Shown: positions 27,448-38,966, counted from the first letter of the stretch. The stretch is 64,000 nt of DNA from Anaerovorax odorimutans (GCA_016841185.1 JAENZQ010000013.1:6341-70340); one strand, 5' to 3'. Made by a program: numbers and translations. The notes: generated by a model not told the origin, from the letters alone.

Positions 27448-27613
27448 GACAGTGATTAGAGGTCGGGGGTTTAGAGATCAGAGAATGTAGATTTTTTACA
27501 GCAAAATTACTATAGGATATTTTGTAAGATTAATAATAACCAGAAGTAAAAAATACTCATAGAAAAACTATCGGCACTAATCACTACCTCTAATAAAAAC
27601 AGGAGAGTAACAT
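27448..27613 (+). repeat. Modular intergenic repeat element (locus L5) between ruvA and ruvB
   Basis: Left arm AGTGATTAGAGGT (27451-27463) is complementary to ACCTCTAAT / CTAATCACT in the right arm (27577-27594). A central CAAAAT...ATTTTG hairpin and TTAGAG words shared with L7 are present. Confidence 0.4.
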
Positions 27614-28639
27614 ATGGAAGAACATGAAAGAATAACAGCAGCAAATTTATCCAGAGAAGATACGGATACGGAGATCAGCTTGAGGCCAAAATACTTGAGT
27701 GAATATATTGGTCAGAAGAATGCAACAGAAAATCTGAAAATATTTATTGATGCAGCCCGTATGAGGAGTGAACCTTTGGACCATGTTTTGTTTTATGGCC
27801 CTCCCGGACTGGGGAAAACAACTCTTGCAGGGATTATTGCAAATGAAATGAATGTAAAAATAAAGGTGACTTCCGGGCCGGCTATCGAAAGAGCAGGAGA
27901 TTTAGCAGCAATTCTGACGAATTTAGAGGAAAATGACGTATTGTTCATAGACGAGATACATAGATTAAACAGATCTGTGGAGGAGATTTTATATTCTGCA
28001 ATGGAAGATTTCGTTTTAGATATTGTTATAGGTAAAGGGCCTGCGGCACGATCCATAAGACTTGACTTATCAAAATTTACTCTTGTAGGTGCGACTACAA
28101 GAGCAGGAAGTGTATCTCCTCCATTAAGGGATCGGTTTGGTGTTGTTTCGAAGCTGGATTTATATAGAAATGAAGAACTTGAGCAGATTATCAGAAGGTC
28201 TGCAGATATTTTAAATATAGATATTGATGAAGCATCTGCAAAAGAGATTGCCATGAGATCAAGGGGAACCCCCAGAATCTCAAATCGTCTTTTAAAAAGA
28301 GTCAGGGATTTTTCCCAAGTAAAAGGAACCGGGAGAATCCATATGGATATTACGAATATTGCTCTGGACTCTTTGGGAATAGATAAAATGGGATTGGAGA
28401 GGTTAGATAGAGAAATATTGGATATTATTATTAATAAATTTAACGGCGGCCCTGTAGGCATTGATACGATTTCTGCCGCAGTAGGAGAAGAGAAAATTAC
28501 AATTGAAGATGTATATGAGCCCTATTTGCTTCAGGCCGGATTTATTCATAGAACACAAAAAGGGAGAACTGCGGCAAAACAGGCATATTTACACTTAGGG
28601 ATTAATATATCAGAAGAGGAGCAATTTAGTTTTAAATAA
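27614..28639 (+). CDS. ruvB: Holliday junction DNA helicase RuvB
   Basis: 341 aa. [12 protein letters not shown], Walker [12 protein letters not shown], Walker [10 protein letters not shown]. Confidence 0.95.
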   Translation: MEEHERITAANLSREDTDTEISLRPKYLSEYIGQKNATENLKIFIDAARMRSEPLDHVLFYGPPGLGKTTLAGIIANEMNVKIKVTSGPAIERAGDLAAILTNLEENDVLFIDEIHRLNRSVEEILYSAMEDFVLDIVIGKGPAARSIRLDLSKFTLVGATTRAGSVSPPLRDRFGVVSKLDLYRNEELEQIIRRSADILNIDIDEASAKEIAMRSRGTPRISNRLLKRVRDFSQVKGTGRIHMDITNIALDSLGIDKMGLERLDREILDIIINKFNGGPVGIDTISAAVGEEKITIEDVYEPYLLQAGFIHRTQKGRTAAKQAYLHLGINISEEEQFSFK

Positions 28640-28655
28640 TTCTGGGGGAATCAGT

Positions 28656-30314
28656 ATGGTTAAAAAAATAATTGTTTTTATATTCATTCTAATTATTACA
28701 TTTTCATTAAATCTGTTTTCATTTGCCGAGGATAGTTCTTATCAGTTTATAAAAATCGGTCTTAGAAGCGGTAGTAGTGCGGTTGCAACTACATCACTAA
28801 CATCCGACAAAGGATTTATTTTCGGGTATTATTCTAATAATGAATTTATTCCTTTATTTGATCTTAATAACAGAAAAGAGGTATGTGTCAGAAAAGACAG
28901 TTATTATCTGAATATGGAAGACTATTTTTTCGAATATGATTTTGATGATAGAAAAGATTCAGGAAACGCCGATATAACAGGTCCCATCCACATTCAGTTA
29001 GGTGCGAGTTATGCTTCAAAGACTGAAGCCCTTGACTTTGCAGATTCCATAAAGGCTCTTGGGATCGAGCCTTATCTGGCATTGGAAGGTAAATGGAAAG
29101 TATGGGTCGGTGCATTTACTACTTATGATAATGCGGAAAAATATTTTGATGAATTGAAATCGTTATTTTCTAATATAGATATGACCGTTATTTCAAAGAA
29201 CAGCCGAAGAATACAGGTAACGGATCAATCGGGGAAAATTATATTTATCTATACGCCTTCTTATGGAGATTATGTCTTCCAGCCAAAGGAAGATGCTTTG
29301 ATTGCTATGGACAATAAATTATTCAGAGGGGAAATTATTTTTAAAAATGCTTCAAATGGAAATTTAACCGTTATAAATCAATTGAAGATGGATGAGTATT
29401 TATATGGGGTCCTGCCAAAAGAGATATCTGTGACCGCACCGGTTGAAGCTTTAAAAGCACAAGCTGTTGCAGCAAGAAATTATGCAGTGGTAAACAGAAA
29501 CAAACACAGGGAGGAAGGGTTTGATTTATGCTCAACCACTCATTGCCAGTCTTATGGCGGCTTTTCTGCTGAAAATCAAAGTACAAGTCAAGCCGTAGAT
29601 GAGACTAAAGGCTTGATTCTTGCCTATAACGGAATTCCCATATCCACATTTTACCATATGGACAGCGGAGGGCATACTGAAAACAGTGAGAATGTATGGG
29701 GGCAGGAAATAGGTTATATAAGAGGTGTAACGGATGATTTCGGTGAAACTTATACATGGGAACAGCACTTATCTAAAAATGAAATAGTAAAAGCATTGAA
29801 TCTGGCAGGTTATTCCCCGGGTGAAATCAGAAACATATATATAAACGGTCATTCTGAATTTGGAAGTGTATCGCAGCTTATTATCCAGGGTTCGGAAAAT
29901 ACTGTCACTCTTGAAAAAGATTATATACGAAAAGTTTTAGGATATAATATTATTAAATCTTTAAAGTTTTCTATAATGAACGATAACACCGTTAATCTGA
30001 TGGGGAAAAATTCTGATATAAAGACTGAATTAATTGGATGTTTTACTATAAACGAAGAAAACAATATTTCCCGACTCCGAAATTCAAGGAATTATGTATC
30101 AAATGGAAACAGGATTTCTTTAATTGAACGTGATGTTGTTTCTGATCCTGACACATATGTTTTTTTGGGAACGGGATATGGGCATGCACTTGGTATGAGC
30201 CAGAAAGGAGCTATTGCTATGGCTCGATCCGGTTATACGTTTAAAGAAATATTGTATCATTATTATACCGGTGTTGAATTAATATCTACTTATGGAGAAG
30301 AAAATGCGGATTGA
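28656..30314 (+). CDS. SpoIID/LytB-domain protein with a SPOR-like insert
   Basis: 552 aa with a signal/TM N-terminus. [21 protein letters not shown] and [13 protein letters not shown] are typical of the SpoIID/LytB domain. Confidence 0.8.
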   Translation: MVKKIIVFIFILIITFSLNLFSFAEDSSYQFIKIGLRSGSSAVATTSLTSDKGFIFGYYSNNEFIPLFDLNNRKEVCVRKDSYYLNMEDYFFEYDFDDRKDSGNADITGPIHIQLGASYASKTEALDFADSIKALGIEPYLALEGKWKVWVGAFTTYDNAEKYFDELKSLFSNIDMTVISKNSRRIQVTDQSGKIIFIYTPSYGDYVFQPKEDALIAMDNKLFRGEIIFKNASNGNLTVINQLKMDEYLYGVLPKEISVTAPVEALKAQAVAARNYAVVNRNKHREEGFDLCSTTHCQSYGGFSAENQSTSQAVDETKGLILAYNGIPISTFYHMDSGGHTENSENVWGQEIGYIRGVTDDFGETYTWEQHLSKNEIVKALNLAGYSPGEIRNIYINGHSEFGSVSQLIIQGSENTVTLEKDYIRKVLGYNIIKSLKFSIMNDNTVNLMGKNSDIKTELIGCFTINEENNISRLRNSRNYVSNGNRISLIERDVVSDPDTYVFLGTGYGHALGMSQKGAIAMARSGYTFKEILYHYYTGVELISTYGEENAD

Positions 30315-31341
30315 CGAATTTGATTACGATTTGCCGGAAGAAAGAATTGCACAGAAGCCTTTGCCTGAAAGGGATCATTCAAGGCTTATGATCTTAAATA
30401 AAAATACAGGTATTATTGAGCACAGGAATTTTGCTGATATCCTTGATTATATTTATGAAGGTGACTGTCTGGTTTTAAATAATTCTCGTGTGATCCCGGC
30501 GAGACTCTATGGCATCAAAGCTTCTACCGGTGCAAGAATAGAGTTTCTTTTGACCAGACGGAAAAGTATCGATACATGGGAAACCTTGGTAAGGCCGGGA
30601 AAGAGGCTGAAAAAGGGCGACACGGTGATTTTCGGTGAAAACGATGAGTTGAGAGCAGAAATTATGGGCTATGGAGATGAAGGCACCAGAGTCGTTAAAT
30701 TTTCATACGACGGTATTTTTGAGGAAGTTCTGGACAGGCTGGGGCATATTCCGCTTCCTCCCTATATCAGAAGAGAAAGTGATCAGAGTGACAAAGAGCG
30801 GTATCAGACAGTATATTCCAAGGAAGAAGGATCTGTTGCAGCACCGACGGCAGGATTACATTTTACTGAGCCGTTATTGGAGCGGGTAAAAGAAAAGGGC
30901 GTTAAATTAGCATATGTAACGCTGCATGTAGGGATCGGAACCTTCAGACCGGTCAAAAGCAAATATATTTCTGAGCATCATATGCATTCTGAAAATTACA
31001 GTATAGATGATAAGAATGCAAAAATCATTAACGATACCAAACTGCATGGCGGCAGAATCATAGCGGTAGGGACAACATCTGCAAGAACTTTGGAAAGTGC
31101 ATCGGATGAAAAAGGAATGGTCAAAAGTACAAATATGGCTACAACAAACTTGTTTATATATCCCGGATATAAATATAAAGCAGTGGATGCTGTTATAACC
31201 AATTTTCATCTGCCTAAATCGACTCTTTTGATGCTTGTTTCAGCGTTTTATAACAGGGAAGCCATACTAAAAGCGTACAATGAAGCTGTTGCGCTTAACT
31301 ACAGGTTTTTCAGTTATGGAGATGCAATGTTTATATACTGA
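30304..31341 (+). CDS. queA: tRNA preQ1(34) S-adenosylmethionine ribosyltransferase-isomerase
   Basis: [20 protein letters not shown] start and C-terminal [10 protein letters not shown]. Confidence 0.9.
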   Translation: MRIDEFDYDLPEERIAQKPLPERDHSRLMILNKNTGIIEHRNFADILDYIYEGDCLVLNNSRVIPARLYGIKASTGARIEFLLTRRKSIDTWETLVRPGKRLKKGDTVIFGENDELRAEIMGYGDEGTRVVKFSYDGIFEEVLDRLGHIPLPPYIRRESDQSDKERYQTVYSKEEGSVAAPTAGLHFTEPLLERVKEKGVKLAYVTLHVGIGTFRPVKSKYISEHHMHSENYSIDDKNAKIINDTKLHGGRIIAVGTTSARTLESASDEKGMVKSTNMATTNLFIYPGYKYKAVDAVITNFHLPKSTLLMLVSAFYNREAILKAYNEAVALNYRFFSYGDAMFIY

Positions 31342-31483
31342 ATTAGAAGATAACAGATAAAAGATAATAAATAACTTTGGTTCAGCCAAAATCTTTGATT
31401 AACTAAATTAAATCGAGAGTTTTTAGAATGCTCAAAACTTACCGTAATTATTATCTATTATCCGTTATCTGTTATCTTTTTTT
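31342..31483 (+). repeat. Modular intergenic repeat element (locus L6): long heptamer-built inverted repeat followed by a T-run
   Basis: The left arm is (AGATAAN)x4 at 31348-31375. The right arm at 31444-31477 reverse-complements to AGATAACAGATAACGGATAATAGATAAT. Blocks of 13 and 7 consecutive bases match. Inner hairpins TTTGG/CCAAA and AGTTTT/AAAACT are present. T7 follows at 31477-31483. Confidence 0.6.
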
Positions 31484-31566
31484 ATAGTACCTGTATCTTA
31501 CACGCTTAATCACAGATATTATATATTAGGTTTTATATTAATATGTCATAATTTTGGAGGAACTAA

Positions 31567-32684
<1,118 letters not shown>

Positions 32685-32685
<1 letters not shown>

Positions 32686-32972
32686 TGATGTGGACTGAAA
32701 ATATTAAGCAGGCGATGTTGTTTTACTTGGTTTTATTCAATGTAATCGGTTTTACGGTGGTTGTAGCAGATAAATATCGGGCCAAAAGACATAAATGGCG
32801 GATCAGGGAAAGCAGATTTTTTCTTATTGCATTATTAGGAGGCGGTGTTGGTGTTTATTCAGGAATGAGGATTTTTCATCATAAAACTAAGCACAGGTAT
32901 TTTATGTGGGGGATTCCATCAATTGTAATTATTCAATGTATTCTGGCGTATTTTATTTACTGTTACTGGTAA
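32685..32972 (+). CDS. DUF1294-family small membrane protein
   Basis: 95 aa. KWRIRESRFFLIALLGGGVGVYSGMRIFHHKTKH fits the DUF1294 pattern. Confidence 0.7.
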
Positions 32973-33065
32973 AACTCAACAAATTGAAAAGGTTTCATTT
33001 CTTTTTGTTTGATTTTTTTACATTTTATAGTATAATCTAACTTGAGTATTGAAAGGAGGGTTTTC

Positions 33066-33443
33066 ATGAACGGACAGAATTTATCATTATTATTTCCGAT
33101 TCTATTAATATTTGTTTTTTATTTTCTTTTAATCAGGCCGCAGAAAAAACGTGAGAAACAGGTCAATGAAATGAGAAGTAATCTCAGAGTCGGAGACAGA
33201 GTCATTACCATTGGGGGAATAAACGGTAAGATTATTAAAATAAAGGATGACAAAATTACCATTGAAATAGGTTCTGACAAAACCAAACTGGATATGATGA
33301 GATGGGCTATCTCTTCATTGGAGCAGCCTGCAAAAGCTGCACCGGAAAAGAGCAAGAAAAAAGTGGAGGACAAGCCGGAAGTTACTGAAGAAGAAACAAA
33401 TGAATCTGAGGAAGATAATACTTCTGAAAAGAAAGACGAATAA
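33066..33443 (+). CDS. yajC: Preprotein translocase subunit YajC (with a charged C-terminal extension)
   Basis: An AGGAGG RBS lies 6 nt before ATG 33066. LLIRPQKKREKQVNEMRSNLRVGDRVITIGGINGKI is the YajC core. Confidence 0.85.
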   Translation: MNGQNLSLLFPILLIFVFYFLLIRPQKKREKQVNEMRSNLRVGDRVITIGGINGKIIKIKDDKITIEIGSDKTKLDMMRWAISSLEQPAKAAPEKSKKKVEDKPEVTEEETNESEEDNTSEKKDE

Positions 33444-33458
33444 CCGATTAATAATAGG

Positions 33459-33481
33459 AAGAAGCGTAATGCTTCTTTTTT
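33459..33481 (+). terminator. Intrinsic terminator after yajC
   Basis: AAGAAGC gtaat GCTTCTT followed by a T-run. Confidence 0.6.
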
Positions 33482-33559
33482 ATTTGCCTGTTCTTAAGGT
33501 AATAATTTAATGATCAAGCAAATATAATATATCAAATATTTAAATAATGGGGTGTTAGT

Positions 33560-33943
33560 TTGCTTGATGGAAATAATTTAAAAGAGCATGTTGGCGTATA
33601 CATAAAATCTTTGATTGCAGGCCTGGTGGTATGTCTTCTCTGTATGCTTCTTTTCAGCATAATCATGAGATATACACCGATTTCAGAAAAATGGATCCAA
33701 TATTACAGTTTAGGTATTGTAGCTTTTGCATGTTTCTTTTCCGGAGTTACTGCAGGATATTATAAAAGAAGAATGGGGCTATTAAACGGAATGATTCATT
33801 CTGTTATTCTTATGCTGGTGCTATATATCCTCTATTTTTTTGCTGTGGAAAATATTTCAATAATGAGTATGATCCATTATAAACATTTAATTTCTTTGGT
33901 ATGCGGAGGCGTTGGCGGAATGTTCGGTGTCAATGCCAAATGA
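33560..33943 (+). CDS. Small polytopic membrane protein (TIGR04086/YrzE-like, tentative)
   Basis: 127 aa with 4 predicted TM helices. A position after yajC is common for this family in Firmicutes, from memory. Confidence 0.45.
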   Translation: MLDGNNLKEHVGVYIKSLIAGLVVCLLCMLLFSIIMRYTPISEKWIQYYSLGIVAFACFFSGVTAGYYKRRMGLLNGMIHSVILMLVLYILYFFAVENISIMSMIHYKHLISLVCGGVGGMFGVNAK

Positions 33944-33992
33944 AATGATAGTCCATCAATGTGAATGATGAATTAAAAAGTCAAATGCTGAT

Positions 33993-34020
33993 TTGACTTA
34001 AGTTTCCAATATGATATAAT
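33993..34020 (+). promoter_or_regulatory. Strong sigma-A promoter candidate for the SCIFF operon
   Basis: TTGACT (33993-33998), a 16-nt spacer, and an extended -10 TGATATAAT (34012-34020). Confidence 0.55.
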
Positions 34021-34054
34021 TTGATTGCATACATATCATACGGAGGAGAACATC

Positions 34055-34198
34055 ATGAAACACATTAAAACACTCTCAAAACTGTCATTAAACACTACTG
34101 AAGGCAAAGGCTGCGGGGAATGTCAGACATCTTGTCAATCGGCTTGTAAGACATCATGCACCGTTGCAAATCAGAAATGTGAAAATAAGAACCAATAA
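34055..34198 (+). CDS. scfA: SCIFF (six-cysteines-in-forty-five) ranthipeptide precursor
   Basis: Not in the ORF track because it is under 60 aa. GGAGGAG RBS. Hand translation gives MKHIKTLSKLSLNTTEGKGCGECQTSCQSACKTSCTVANQKCENKNQ (47 aa, 6 Cys). The radical-SAM/SPASM gene follows. Confidence 0.85.
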   Translation: MKHIKTLSKLSLNTTEGKGCGECQTSCQSACKTSCTVANQKCENKNQ

Positions 34199-34233
34199 TT
34201 TTAATCATTCTTGTTTGTAAATATGTTTAACAC

Positions 34234-34260
34234 ATCAGATGGAGAAACACTCCATCTGAT
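34234..34260 (+). terminator. Hairpin between the SCIFF precursor and maturase genes (possible partial terminator or stabiliser)
   Basis: ATCAGATGGA gaaacac TCCATCTGAT has a perfect 10-bp stem. The downstream tract is only moderately T-rich. Confidence 0.45.
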
Positions 34261-34358
34261 AATATTTACTTTATTCTTCCGAAAAGGAAGGCTTTTTTAT
34301 TGTAATCAAAAATAAAATTTTATAAAATATAGACGTCAAATTATTACCGGAGGAAAAG

Positions 34359-35717
34359 ATGGTACACAAATACAGATTTAAAGACAAATATATTGCTTTG
34401 GATATAAATAGCGGTGCAGTTCATGTAATTGATAAAATAGTATTTGACATTTTAGATTATTATGATGGTGAAAATAAAGAAAAGGTATTTTCTCATTTAG
34501 ATCATAAATATGCTTTCAATGAGATTTCAGAGGCCATTGAAGAATTGAATGAGTTAAAATCAAAAGGTCTGCTTTTTTCAGAAGATACCTATTATAATCA
34601 ATACATATTTCAAAAGAAACCTGTCGTAAAAGCTCTTTGCCTGCACGTTGCCCATGACTGCAATATGAATTGTAAATATTGTTTCGGTACACAAGGATCG
34701 TTTGAAGGCATCAGAGAATTAATGTCTTTTGAAACAGGTGCGGCTGCAATAGATTTTCTTATGAATAATTCAGGAAACAGAAAAAATCTTGAAATAGATT
34801 TTTTTGGCGGAGAACCTTTAATGAATTTTGAAATAGTAAAAAGAATTGTTTCTTACGGGAGGAAAGTGGAAAAAAAGCTGAACAAAAGGATTCGGTTCAC
34901 CATTACCACAAACGGCATTCTATTAGATGATGAAAAAACGGATTATATTAATGAACACATGGAAAATGTCATTCTCAGTATAGACGGCAGGCCGGAAGTT
35001 AATGATAAAATGAGAAGAACATGGAATGGCGGCGGTACATACAATTTAATAATAGATAATTACAAAAAATTTGTCAAAAAAAGAAAGGATCGGCTGTATT
35101 ATGTTAGAGGAACATTTACTAAAGAAAATCTTGATTTTTCTCAAGACGTTATACATCTGATCAATGAAGGCTTTAAGAGCGTATCTGTAGAGCCGGTTGT
35201 CGTAAAGGAAAACGAAGAATATGCTATTTTGCCGGGGCATTTAGAAAAGATTGTTAATGAATATGAAAAGCTTTCGGATTATCTTATTGAGAATGCAAAG
35301 CATAACAGTAGTATAGATTTTTTTCATTTTAATATTGATCTGGATCAGGGTCCCTGTGTAATAAAAAGAATCTCCGGATGTGGTGCAGGAACAGAGTATA
35401 TGGCAGTCGCACCTAATGGAGATCTGTATCCCTGCCATCAATTTGTAGGGAATACCGATTTTAAAATCGGCAGCGTTTATGATGAATATTATCAGAATCA
35501 TTTATACCATACATTTAATGATGCCCATATTTATAATAAAGAAAAGTGCAGCAGCTGCTGGGCAAAATTCTACTGCAGCGGAGGCTGTCATGCCAATGCT
35601 TATCACATAAACGGAGATATTACACAGCCTTATGAAACAGGCTGTGAGATGGAGAAAAAAAGAATAGAATGTGCCATTGGTATAAAGGCAGTGTTGGATT
35701 TGGAGTATGGAGTATAG
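34359..35717 (+). CDS. scfB: SCIFF radical SAM maturase (SPASM-domain thioether-forming enzyme)
   Basis: 452 aa. Radical SAM CNMNCKYC (CX3CX2C) and C-terminal SPASM cysteines (CGAG...YPC..., CSSCWAKFYCSGGCHANAY). It lies directly downstream of the SCIFF peptide gene. Confidence 0.9.
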   Translation: MVHKYRFKDKYIALDINSGAVHVIDKIVFDILDYYDGENKEKVFSHLDHKYAFNEISEAIEELNELKSKGLLFSEDTYYNQYIFQKKPVVKALCLHVAHDCNMNCKYCFGTQGSFEGIRELMSFETGAAAIDFLMNNSGNRKNLEIDFFGGEPLMNFEIVKRIVSYGRKVEKKLNKRIRFTITTNGILLDDEKTDYINEHMENVILSIDGRPEVNDKMRRTWNGGGTYNLIIDNYKKFVKKRKDRLYYVRGTFTKENLDFSQDVIHLINEGFKSVSVEPVVVKENEEYAILPGHLEKIVNEYEKLSDYLIENAKHNSSIDFFHFNIDLDQGPCVIKRISGCGAGTEYMAVAPNGDLYPCHQFVGNTDFKIGSVYDEYYQNHLYHTFNDAHIYNKEKCSSCWAKFYCSGGCHANAYHINGDITQPYETGCEMEKKRIECAIGIKAVLDLEYGV

Positions 35718-35755
35718 ATGCAAGTTGAGTTGGTAATTAAAGAATGGAGGAAGAT

Positions 35756-36280
35756 ATGATCGTCAATGTTTCCGGTCTTGAGCCGAAAATCCATGAGTCG
35801 TGTTATATTGCAGATACGGCAGTTGTTGCCGGAGATGTTTCAATGGAAGAACACGCCAGTATCTGGTTCAATACTGTCGTAAGAGGTGATATCAACCCTA
35901 TTTATATAGGCAGAAACAGCAACATTCAGGATAACTGTACCGTTCATGTATCAACTAAGCATCCGGCTATAATAGGGGACAATACTGTGATAGGGCATAA
36001 TGCCGTTATTCATGCCTGTACCATCGGCAGCGGAGTTTTAGTCGGAATGGGGACAACCATTCTGGACGGTGCCATTATAGGAGACCATGTTGTAATAGGA
36101 GCAGGTACTCTTATTCCTCCCGGAAAAATACTTGAAGACTATACGGTGGTTATGGGGAATCCATACAAGGTGATTCGAAAATATAATGAGAATGATGAAG
36201 AAATGATCAAAGGTATTATTTTCAGATATTCAAAATGGGCAAAAATATATCAGGATACTGCAAAGGAGGTTTTTAAATGA
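35756..36280 (+). CDS. Gamma-carbonic-anhydrase-like / hexapeptide-repeat (LbH) family protein
   Basis: Left-handed beta-helix hexapeptide repeats (IGDNTVIGHNAVIHACTIGSGVLVGMG...). A GGAGGA RBS precedes ATG 35756. Confidence 0.75.
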   Translation: MIVNVSGLEPKIHESCYIADTAVVAGDVSMEEHASIWFNTVVRGDINPIYIGRNSNIQDNCTVHVSTKHPAIIGDNTVIGHNAVIHACTIGSGVLVGMGTTILDGAIIGDHVVIGAGTLIPPGKILEDYTVVMGNPYKVIRKYNENDEEMIKGIIFRYSKWAKIYQDTAKEVFK

Positions 36281-37533
36281 AAAAGATTATGGTCATACTG
36301 CTGATTATAATCATTATTGCAGGCTGGACAATATCCATATCCGGTCTGTCTATTGGCGGAAATATAATTGACCCCATTAATAAACAGATAAAGCTGGGAC
36401 TTGACTTGAAGGGCGGCGTTTATGTGGTGCTGGAAGCAGAAACCGATGCTTCAGGGGAAGAACTGAGACAGCTTATGGAACAGACGCAGCAGGTTATCGC
36501 CAGACGTGTAAATGCAATGGGGCTTTCGGAACCCAATGTAATCATTGAAGGAGAAAAAAGAATTCGTGTGGAACTGCCGGGTGTCAAAAATGCATCCGAA
36601 GCTATTGAAGCTATCGGGAAAACAGCCCGATTAGAATTTATCGATCATACCGGTAAGGTGATCCTCACAGGAAAAGATATTAAAAATGCCGGCGTTTCCT
36701 ATGATGAGTATAACCAACCTGTAGTGGCACTGGAGATGACAGGTGAAGGCGGGGATGCATTTTATGAAGCCACTAAAATCGCCGCTGCTTCCACCGGCGA
36801 CGCCAATATCATTGAGATTGTGCTGGATGGAGAAGTAATTTCTGCTCCTGGTGTGGAAAACGAAATACCCAGCGGAAGGGCTCAGATCACAGGCGGGTTT
36901 ACGGTAGAAGGAGCAGCTACTTTAGCAGCACTGATTCGAGGCGGGGCGCTTCCAGTTACCCTTAACGAAGTACAGACATCTGCCATAGGAGCAACGTTGG
37001 GAGCGGATTCGTTTAATAAAAGCGTATTTGCAGGCGTTATCGGTATTGCTCTGATCCTTATTTTTATGGTTGCTTATTATAGGCTTCCGGGTGTTTCTGC
37101 AGGCATTGCATTGCTTTTGTATATACTGATTGTTATCTGGGTCATGATTGGCTTTAAATCTGTTCTGACACTGCCCGGGGCAGCAGGGATTATACTTTCC
37201 ATAGGAATGGCGGTAGATGCCAATGTTATCATCTTTGAAAGAATCAAAGAAGAAATTCGAAATGGAAAAACCATAAGGGTATCTGTTAATTCAGGCTTTA
37301 AGCGGGCATTGAGAACCATTATGGATGCTAATATAACCACTTTTATTGCAGGAATCGTTTTGTATCAATTTGGTTCAGGCCCTGTTAAAGGATTTGCTGT
37401 TACTTTGATGATCGGTATTTTAACAAGTTTTCTTACGGCGGTTCTTATTACCAGGCTCCTGCTGTCTGTTTTATCGGATATTAAGGGGTTTAGTAAACCG
37501 GTATTTTATGGTGTAAGGGAGGGTGGAAAATGA
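36277..37533 (+). CDS. secD: Protein translocase subunit SecD
   Basis: 418 aa with LGLDLKGGV and the C-terminal 6-TM domain. Its stop overlaps the secF start. Confidence 0.9.
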   Translation: MKKIMVILLIIIIIAGWTISISGLSIGGNIIDPINKQIKLGLDLKGGVYVVLEAETDASGEELRQLMEQTQQVIARRVNAMGLSEPNVIIEGEKRIRVELPGVKNASEAIEAIGKTARLEFIDHTGKVILTGKDIKNAGVSYDEYNQPVVALEMTGEGGDAFYEATKIAAASTGDANIIEIVLDGEVISAPGVENEIPSGRAQITGGFTVEGAATLAALIRGGALPVTLNEVQTSAIGATLGADSFNKSVFAGVIGIALILIFMVAYYRLPGVSAGIALLLYILIVIWVMIGFKSVLTLPGAAGIILSIGMAVDANVIIFERIKEEIRNGKTIRVSVNSGFKRALRTIMDANITTFIAGIVLYQFGSGPVKGFAVTLMIGILTSFLTAVLITRLLLSVLSDIKGFSKPVFYGVREGGK

Positions 37534-38414
37534 AATTGGAGATTATTAAGAACCTTAAACGATGGTATCTCATTTCATCAGTAATCATAATAATCGGCCT
37601 GATTTTAGGATTTCTCGGGGGATTTAACCTCGGTATTGATTTTACAGGCGGGACGATGATGCATATTGACATGGGACAGAAAATTTCTGTCAGTGAGGTT
37701 AAAGGGATTACAGATCAATATAAACTGAATGCAAGTATTGCCTATGTGGGAACTGAGAAAGAGGAAATAATGATTAAAACCAAAAAATCTCTTTCAAATA
37801 ATGAAAGAACGGAAATATTTAACAGTATTGCCGAAAAGTATGGTATATCTCAGGAGAGTCTTCTTGCGGTTGATCAGTTCGGCCCGTCCATAGGAGAAGA
37901 AATCAAGAGAAAAGCAATTATTTCAATACTGATTGCAAGTGTTGGGATGCTGATTTATATTACATTAAGATTTGAAATTAAATTTGCAATGGCAGCGATT
38001 GTTGCGTTGGTTCATGATATTTTAATTATGGTGGCATTTTATGGCATTTTCCGGATTCCAATAAACAGCCCTTTTATTGCTGCCATACTGATTATTGTAG
38101 GATACTCCATCAATGATACCATTGTTGTATTCGACAGAGTCCGAGAAAATTTAAAAATTGTAAAGAAAAAGAAATTTGATGAGATCGTTGATATGAGTGT
38201 GACGCAAACCATAAGCAGATCCATCAATACTTCCTTGACAACGATATTGGCAATTATTTGCTTATATATTTTCGGAGTAGAATCTATTAAAGATTTTACA
38301 CTTCCATTGATTGCAGGCATCTTATCCGGAACATATTCATCTATATTCATAGCAAGCCCGGTATGGTATAATCTCAATATGATGGTTCACAAACCTAAAT
38401 ATGCCGGCAAATAG
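37530..38414 (+). CDS. secF: Protein translocase subunit SecF
   Basis: 294 aa with GIDFTGGT and DTIVVFDRVREN. Confidence 0.9.
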   Translation: MKLEIIKNLKRWYLISSVIIIIGLILGFLGGFNLGIDFTGGTMMHIDMGQKISVSEVKGITDQYKLNASIAYVGTEKEEIMIKTKKSLSNNERTEIFNSIAEKYGISQESLLAVDQFGPSIGEEIKRKAIISILIASVGMLIYITLRFEIKFAMAAIVALVHDILIMVAFYGIFRIPINSPFIAAILIIVGYSINDTIVVFDRVRENLKIVKKKKFDEIVDMSVTQTISRSINTSLTTILAIICLYIFGVESIKDFTLPLIAGILSGTYSSIFIASPVWYNLNMMVHKPKYAGK

Positions 38415-38447
38415 TAAATGAAAGAAGATAATAAGGGGGATTCATCA

Positions 38448-38966
38448 ATGAAAGTCAATTTAAAAGATAAAATCAGAAATATTCAGGATTTTCCTGAAAA
38501 GGGTATTCTCTTCAGAGACATAACTACTTTGCTTCAGGATAAAGATGCATTTATCACTGCAGTGGACGAAATGAAAAAAATGGTGAGCGAATATGATTTT
38601 GATTTGATTGTAGGTCCTGAATCGAGAGGTTTTATTGTGGGAACCCCTTTAGCTTATGCAACGGGAAGAGGGTTTGTACCGGTAAGAAAACCCGGGAAGC
38701 TGCCATATAAGACCATACGGTTTCAATATGATCTGGAATATGGAAGTGACATACTGGAAATTCATATGGATGCTATCAAGGAAGGACAAAAAATAATCAT
38801 TGTGGATGATCTTCTGGCTACAGGCGGTACGATCCTTTCAACCATCAAATTGGTAGAACAATTGGGAGGAGAAGTGACCGGTGTATTTGTTATGATAGAA
38901 CTATTGGATCTGAAAGGCAGAGATAAACTGAAAGAATACGAAGTAAAATCTTTGTTGCAATATTAG
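38448..38966 (+). CDS. apt: Adenine phosphoribosyltransferase
   Basis: MKVNLKDKIRNIQDFPEKGILFRDITTLL and PRPP loop IIIVDDLLATGGT. An AAGGGGGA RBS precedes ATG 38448. Confidence 0.9.
   Translation: MKVNLKDKIRNIQDFPEKGILFRDITTLLQDKDAFITAVDEMKKMVSEYDFDLIVGPESRGFIVGTPLAYATGRGFVPVRKPGKLPYKTIRFQYDLEYGSDILEIHMDAIKEGQKIIIVDDLLATGGTILSTIKLVEQLGGEVTGVFVMIELLDLKGRDKLKEYEVKSLLQY

Noticed and set aside
27793-28461. Long antisense ORFs inside well-supported genes: 222 aa opposite ruvB, also 40211-40750 and 39335-39796 opposite relA, 46101-46574 opposite hisS/aspS, 6670-7131 opposite etfB/etfA, 23173-23613 opposite ispH-S1 and 8364-8756 opposite the Rhs fragment.
   Set aside because: They lie entirely within genes whose products have clear family motifs. 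They have no RBS and translate to low-complexity or compositionally odd sequence. These are typical shadow ORFs of AT-rich coding DNA.
38415-38447. Absence of recJ between secF and apt as a possible deletion scar.
   Set aside because: The secF-apt junction is compact, with no remnant sequence or repeat element. The gene may simply reside elsewhere, which cannot be assessed from this window.
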